From Scyliorhinus canicula (lineage: Eukaryota), in NCBI RefSeq assembly GCF_902713615.1, contig NC_052146.1, positions 309,768,335-309,832,334 on the forward strand: a stretch of 64,000 nt of DNA. The letters are read 5' to 3'. Shown here piece by piece: positions 58,050-64,000 of the stretch. The first letter of the stretch is position 1. Every line of letters starts with the position of its first letter. The translations under genes were made by a program, and so were the position numbers. A model generated the notes under the pieces. That model had not been told where the DNA came from and made no database searches. It saw nothing but the letters and a program-made list of their open reading frames with translations.

Positions 58050-60640
58050 CAGATTTAAAGTTAATAATTGATCTCGCATCAATTGGATTTCTCAAAGTGC
58101 GTTCCAAACTTCACCCTTGGTGGAGAGATGTGAGGCTGAATGACCACCAAAAATGGCAAAGGATGCTGGGAGAATTGGCCAAGTATAAGGACAAGCTGGC
58201 TGCAGTTTAAATAAACATTGATGAGAAAGCTGCAGCCTAGACATCGCAATGCACAGGAAATAGGCCATCTTCAGGCCATCCCGGGGACAGTCGAACTGCC
58301 CAGTCAATCCCGCTTGTTTACCGGAAACAGCGGCACCTACACTCCTTATTTGGAAAGGCCTACGTGCCCCCAATACCTGCAGGCATGGCCGATCAATGCT
58401 CATCCCCGAAATCAGTGAGACAGCCCCTGATTGGACTTAACCAATCAGGGTGATCGAACCATGAACAATTGATTGGCAATGACCCAGAGACCATCCAAAA
58501 GGGCACAGAATGGAAAGAAGAGCCGAGACAGAGCATCAGACCAGACCCAGGACCGAACATCGAGGACTCCAGGAGGCAGCACACAGATAAAGGACAATAT
58601 CTGTTTGCTACTTGCTAGTCTCTCTGAAGTTAAGTTAAGGTCTAGTATGAACTTTTAGTACTTCTGTTCTTTAGAATAACTTGTGTTCATGATGTGATTG
58701 ATTAACTGTGGCAGTGTGTGAATGTGAATAAAGACTACTTGATTTAACAAATTGACTCGCAGTCATTGTCCACCATAAGTGGGTTAAAGACACACTGCGT
58801 TAGCAACAGATTTGGTGACTCTGGTGGGATATGGACAAGAAATAACTTTGTGGCTCCGATATCGATTGCAACAAAATCTAATATTCCTGTAAATTTAGTC
58901 TGAGCCTGAATTAAGGCAGCAGACGCCCCACGTGATGGACAGGACTTCAAGTCAATCAAAGCCAGTGGAAGGTCTATATTGAAATCTTATTTAAAACGCA
59001 AAACCCAAAGGTGTGTACTCCGTATCGGACAAATAGCTGATGTTTCTCGGGAAATTGGTATTAATTGCATGTGTTACTTACTGAGAGGGCAGGGTAAACT
59101 AGTCAGTTTACATTAGAACTCAGAGGGATTAGGACCGGAACATAGTCTCAAAGCCGTACCCGCAGTCCGATCCACTCCCTACCCCTTGTCCTTGAGAATG
59201 ACAGGAGATAGCGCTCAGGTAGAGAATTGTCCCATACGGGAAGAGAAAATACGAGGACATAAAGAACAAAGGGTGGCCCCAGAATTTTGTTCAAATACCG
59301 AGACAGGTCCCGGAGCCTTAGGACAGAAGCACTGGGATGATTTGACGAAGGCTGGGTGAAAGGGAGCAGCCAAATACAAGAAGGCGATGGCCATCGTCTG
59401 CTGCTTAGCGCAGTTAGTAGGAACTGAACGGGATTTAAAAACCGTTCGTGAGCAATTAGAAAAATCAAATCAGTTGCAGGAGGAGAAGGAGGAAGAAATG
59501 AGAAACCTCCAGAAGGAACAGGAGGAAGAGATCAGGAATGTAAAAGACAAAAAGGAGGAAGACATGAAAAAGCTGGAGGAGGAAAAGGAGAAAGAAATAA
59601 AGAAGCTAAAAGAGGAAAGGGAGGAAGAGGTGAGGAAGTTAAAGGAGGGAAAAGAGGAGGAGATACAGACTAAAAGAACAGCAGCAGGTGAGGATGCAGC
59701 AAACAAAAGCAGACAAGGACAGAGAAATAGGTGAATTGACACGGGCCAATCAGGGAGCTTAGTACATTTGGGTAGTTGTCAGGCCCAATGGGAGAAAGCC
59801 GACCAAAACGCCCAACGTGCTGTCTTGGCTATAGATGAAGCTGAGAACACGGTGACATGCTGAGAGACCAAGTACACCAATCTGCAGGCAGCAATTGTCA
59901 TGTGAGGATCCCTTTAAGAGAAAGGTGTTTTATCAAATAACTGCAGTGATGTCATTGTGCGGGTGGAGCTGGGCTGTGGCTCTGAGTTTTTTGGTTTTGT
60001 TTTCAGTTGGGAGCTGCATTCAAACAAAGATGGTGTATTTTTGGTCTCACTCTCTGCATGCTACATAATGTCTCCAGACCACTTGATAACTTCAAAGTAA
60101 TACATGTTTTCTGTAAGGAATTCAAACCTACTGTTTGGAAGAAAAAGGGTGTTTGGCTCATGGATGTTGTTAATAAAGTTATTAAGGGTTACATATAGAG
60201 TACTGTGTCTTTAAGGGGTATTTGCACTGGTAGTTGATAAGATGTTCAATGTGTGTTTATAAAACGTTAACTGTATTCACAGAATAAACATAATTTTGTT
60301 TAAAAATACTTAAGCTCTCTGTTGCGTCACACCTGTAGAGTGGGCCCTTGTGTTCCCCATATCCAAAATCTATTAAAAGTTGTAGGTCACGTGAACTCAA
60401 TGATATACTTTGGTGTTCTCTAAACCCTGTTGCATTGCACAATAAAAGCACTCCATCAAGCCAGTAAAGAGCAGAGACAAGCAACCGCTGAGAGACCTCA
60501 GGCCAAGTGTGATTGCTGCTCAATAAAACAGGCAGGCCTGGCTTTGGAGACCAGTTTAAATAAGGTGGTTTTCCAACCACTCCAAGCCTCATGGCTTCTT
60601 TTAAAAAAGCACCCTCAGAGTAGATATTGTGGTGATATTA
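58050..60640 (+). pseudogene. Truncated relative of the 8162-18061 element (LTR-like region + gag 5' part)
   Basis: MAIVCCLAQLVGTE vs MAIVSCLAQLRGTE; IKALHQASKEQRQ vs LRALHAANTEQRQ; outer limits approximate. Confidence 0.72.
59896..60439 (+). mobile_element. Solo LTR (544 bp) inserted in the gag relic
   Basis: TG..CA termini, TSD CAAT (59892-59895 and 60440-60443); a related inverted copy starts near 44490. Confidence 0.85.
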
Positions 60641-60899
60641 TGGCTGTGTTGTAATTCACCGACTGACCACTAGGAGTCTCATTAGTGTATAAGTAAATGT
60701 TAGAGTCAGGTGACTTCAGACTGACTGGAGAGCTGGAAGAAAGAGGTTGCTTGTTCATGATCAGAATGTTAGTCATTTGTTTTGTACATAGTGACCCAGA
60801 ATTAATGTTAATAAATCGTTTGTAGCTTTAGGTCCAAGTGACCTTGTCATATAATCAGGTCATCTGACAAGAACATTACAGATATTTTACTTTAATTGG

Positions 60900-61740
60900 A
60901 TAAACTTCCTGTGCACACGCAAACATTTCAACCTGCAAATTCGGAGGAGGCCACTCAGCCCCTCGAGCCTGCTCCAATATTCAATAATATCATGGCTGAT
61001 CCGATCGTAACCTCAACCGCACATTCCTGCCGACCCCCGATAACCTTTCTCCTGCTGACCCTGATAACCTTTCTCCTGCCGACCCCGATAACCTTTCTCC
61101 TGCTGACCCTGATAACCTTTCTCCTGCCGACCCCGATAACCTTTCTCCTGCTGATCCCCGATCATCTTTCCCACAATTCCTCTCCACATCCACCCTGTCA
61201 AGACCGCTCTGGATCTGAAAGGTTTCGATTGAGTCACCTCTCACTCTTACTCCAGTCGATACAAACCCAACCTCTCCAACCTTTCCTCATAAGACAACCC
61301 GTTCATTCCTGGTATTAGTCTAGTAAACCTTCACTCAACTGGTTCCAACACATTTACATCTTCCCTTCAATAAGGAGACCAACACTGTACACAATACTCC
61401 AGATGTGGTCTCACCACTGCCCTGTACAACTGAATCATAACCTCCCTACTTTTGTAATCAATTCCCCCTCACAGTAAACAGTAATATTCTATTAACTTTC
61501 CTAATTACTTGCTGTGTCTGTACACTACCAGCATTTTGTGATTCATGCACTGGGACACCCAGATCCCTCTGTAACTCAGAGCTCTGCAATCTCTCACCAT
61601 TTAGATAATAAGCTTCTTTTTTATTCTCCCTGCCAAAATGAAGAATTTCACATTTCCCCACATTGTGCTCCATTTGCTGGATCTTTGTCCAGTCACTGAA
61701 CCTATCTCTGTCTCTGTGTAGTTTCCTTATGTCCTGGTTC
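60900..61740 (-). mobile_element. CR1 3' fragment with internal 24-bp tandem repeat (61035-61160)
   Basis: VGKCEILHFG, QRDLGV, MRGDSIET motifs; (ccccgataacctttctcctgctga)n variants. Confidence 0.8.
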
Positions 61741-62037
61741 TGTGTCAATATCCTGGCACTGTTCGTTTGAGGGTTTGTCCATTCATTCATTCTGTTAATT
61801 GTTCATTTGATGCTGAAAAGAATACAAGAGGAGAGTGATGGGACACTGGAGTGGGTGAGGGGGGAGGCAGACCTGTGCAATGTTGCATTCTGTAAATGAA
61901 TCCAGTATTGAATAAAAGATTGGCGTCCGATTCTCTATTTCAGCATCAGCCTTCACAATCAGTTAACATTCCCTCATTCTGGAATTCTGCCCAATTTCAT
62001 CACCATCAACTCAAACGGAATGAATTTTCACACATAC

Positions 62038-62154
62038 CGGATCGTTTTCTGAGACAAATTGTGACTAAAATTCCTCCAATTAGCACAGGCCCAGCAGCCA
62101 GAATGACATAGACAGGTATCAGCATCGAAACTTGATCAGCTTGTGTTTCATTAA
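62038..62154 (-). CDS. Receptor gene B, stalk + transmembrane exon
   Basis: tttcctttcacAG / GTATGT, phase 1/1: NETQADQVSMLIPVYVILAAGPVLIGGILVTICLRKRS; uncharged TM, NET sequon, basic stop-transfer. Confidence 0.87.
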
Positions 62155-64000
62155 CTGTGAAAGGAAATCACATGTTTCAGCCCAAAGGAAACAAATAGAA
62201 CTTGCATTTAAAGAGGATCTGGGACACAATAACCTATCCCGAGGTGCTTCACAATCCTGATACCCAGCAAGATATGCAGCAACAGGGGGAGATGGTCAAA
62301 GGAATGGGTTTCAAGGGGAATGTTAAAGGAGGAACGAGAGGGGGAGAGGTTTCGGGAAGCAATTCCAGAACTTTAGGATCCAGGCAGCTGAGGGCACGAA
62401 TGCCAATGTTGGAGCGATTAAAATTGGGAATGGGGCAAGTGATCAGAATGGCAGCAGCTCAGAGATCAGAGGGTTATGGGGTTGGAGGAGATTGCAGAGA
62501 TAGGGAGGAGTTAGGATGTGTAGGATGTGGGGCTGGAGGAGATTACAGAGATTGGGAGGGGTGGGGACATGGAGGGTGTGGGCCTGGAGGAGTTTACAGA
62601 GGTAGGGAGGGGTGAGGAGTGGACTATGTGGGGTTGAGGGAGGTTACAGAGATAGGGAGGGGTGGGGATATGGAGGAGGTGGGCAGCAATGTAGCATAGT
62701 GGTTATCACAATTGCTTCACAGCTTCAGGGTCCCAGGTTTGATTCCCCGCTGGGTCACTCACTGTGTGGAGTCTGCACCTTTTCCCCGTGTGTGCGTGGG
62801 TTTCCTCAGGGTGCTCCGGTTTCCTCCCACAGTCCAAAGATGTGCAGGTTAGGTGGATTGGCCATGCTAAATTGCCATAAATGTCCAAAATTGCCCTTAG
62901 TGTTGGGTGGGGTTACTGGGTTATGGGGATAGGGTGGAGATGTGAGCATGGGTAGGGTGCTCCTTCCAAGAGCCGGTGCAAACCCGATGGGCCGAATGGC
63001 CTCCTTCTGTACTGTAAATTCTATGAAAAAAAAATCTATGTGGGGTTGGAGGAGATGACAGAGATAGGGAGGGGTGAGGACATGGAGGATGAGGGGCTGG
63101 AGGAGATTACAGAGATAGGGAGGGGTGAGGACATGGAGGATTTGGGGCTGTGAGAGGTTACAAAGACAGGGAGGGGTGAGGACGTGGGGCTAGAGGAGGT
63201 TACAGAGATAGCGAGGGGTGAGGATGTGGAGGATATGGGGTTGGAGGAGAGGCCCAATCCCTGCCTTATCGCTGTAAATCAACCTAACCAAACCTTTGGA
63301 CAATAAGGGTCAATTTATCATGGCCAATCCACCTACCCTGCACAACTTTGGACTTTACGAGAAAACCGGAGGACCCGGAGAGAACCCACGCAGACATGGG
63401 AGAACGTGTAAACTCAACACAGACTTTCACCTGAGGTCTGAGTCGAACCCGGGTCACTGGCACTGTGAGGTCGCAGTGCTGAAAACTGTGCCACCATGTC
63501 ACCCTTATAGACTAATGCTACCGATTCATACTAAGCTCCAATGTAATATATGTAAGTTTTCTAGTTCCATGTGTTCAGGAACGAAGTTGGGAACAATCTT
63601 TATTTGACCAAGTATTGCACAAAGAGGAAGTGTTACTTCATAGTGTTATAGTAAAGGGGCCTCTGGGAAAGAGTGATCCTAACACAATAGAATGATATAT
63701 TGAGTTTTTAAGTGATTTTGTCCAGGTTTAAATGTGAACAATCTATCCAGGGATGAGAGACAATTTGGTGAATATATGATGGGTGGGATTTACCGACCAC
63801 TCCGCCGCATGTTTTCAACGGGCGGGCAGCTCGACAGCGGGATGTACCGTTCCCACCATTGTCAACAGGATTTCCCATTGACGGCACCTGTTGTCACCGG
63901 GAAGCTTGTGCGCCATCATGGGACTGGAATTCCCGCCGGCATGAACATCCGGTAAATCCCAGTGGATATACAAGCAATGAACAACATTTGAATGATTAAT

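Noticed and set aside
59387-59734. KEEE-rich coiled-coil host protein
   Set aside because: Part of the gag relic, in frame with the MAIVxCLAQL motif.

Overview
Repeat-rich vertebrate genomic DNA, most likely a shark (inferred from the CR1/SINE/Penelope content). Once repeats are set aside, two convergent multi-exon immune-type receptor genes remain, which the ORF track mostly misses. (1) Plus strand, 4423-28127: two 345-nt germline-joined, RSS-less VJ-type Ig exons, a TM exon and three cytoplasmic exons. They splice in phase into VJ-VJ-TM-tail with three Tyr motifs (YATV, YAGL, YAVV), i.e. inhibitory-type. No leader exon was found. (2) Minus strand, about 62154 down to 42981: a TM exon plus cytoplasmic exons that assemble a canonical ITAM (DPTYT|ALQQPTSSVYSEI). 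A tandem duplication of the 42-nt exon can add a third YxxL. The ectodomain lies outside the window. The VJ1-VJ2 intron holds a young, apparently intact 9.9-kb retrovirus-like LTR element with 962-bp LTRs and an AGGT TSD. It has gag-UGA-CGG-pro-pol in one frame, two RNase H domains and no env. In the env position is a 114-aa small membrane-protein ORF with a plausible spliced mRNA and its own poly(A) signal. Other elements: a decayed Gypsy inside the ITAM-splitting intron, a GalEa-like copia fragment, a Penelope end with a minimal hammerhead ribozyme, a second gag relative interrupted by a solo LTR, Harbinger pieces/MITEs, many CR1 fragments, SINEs and minisatellites. Gene models were built by eye from splice sites and phases and have no transcript support.
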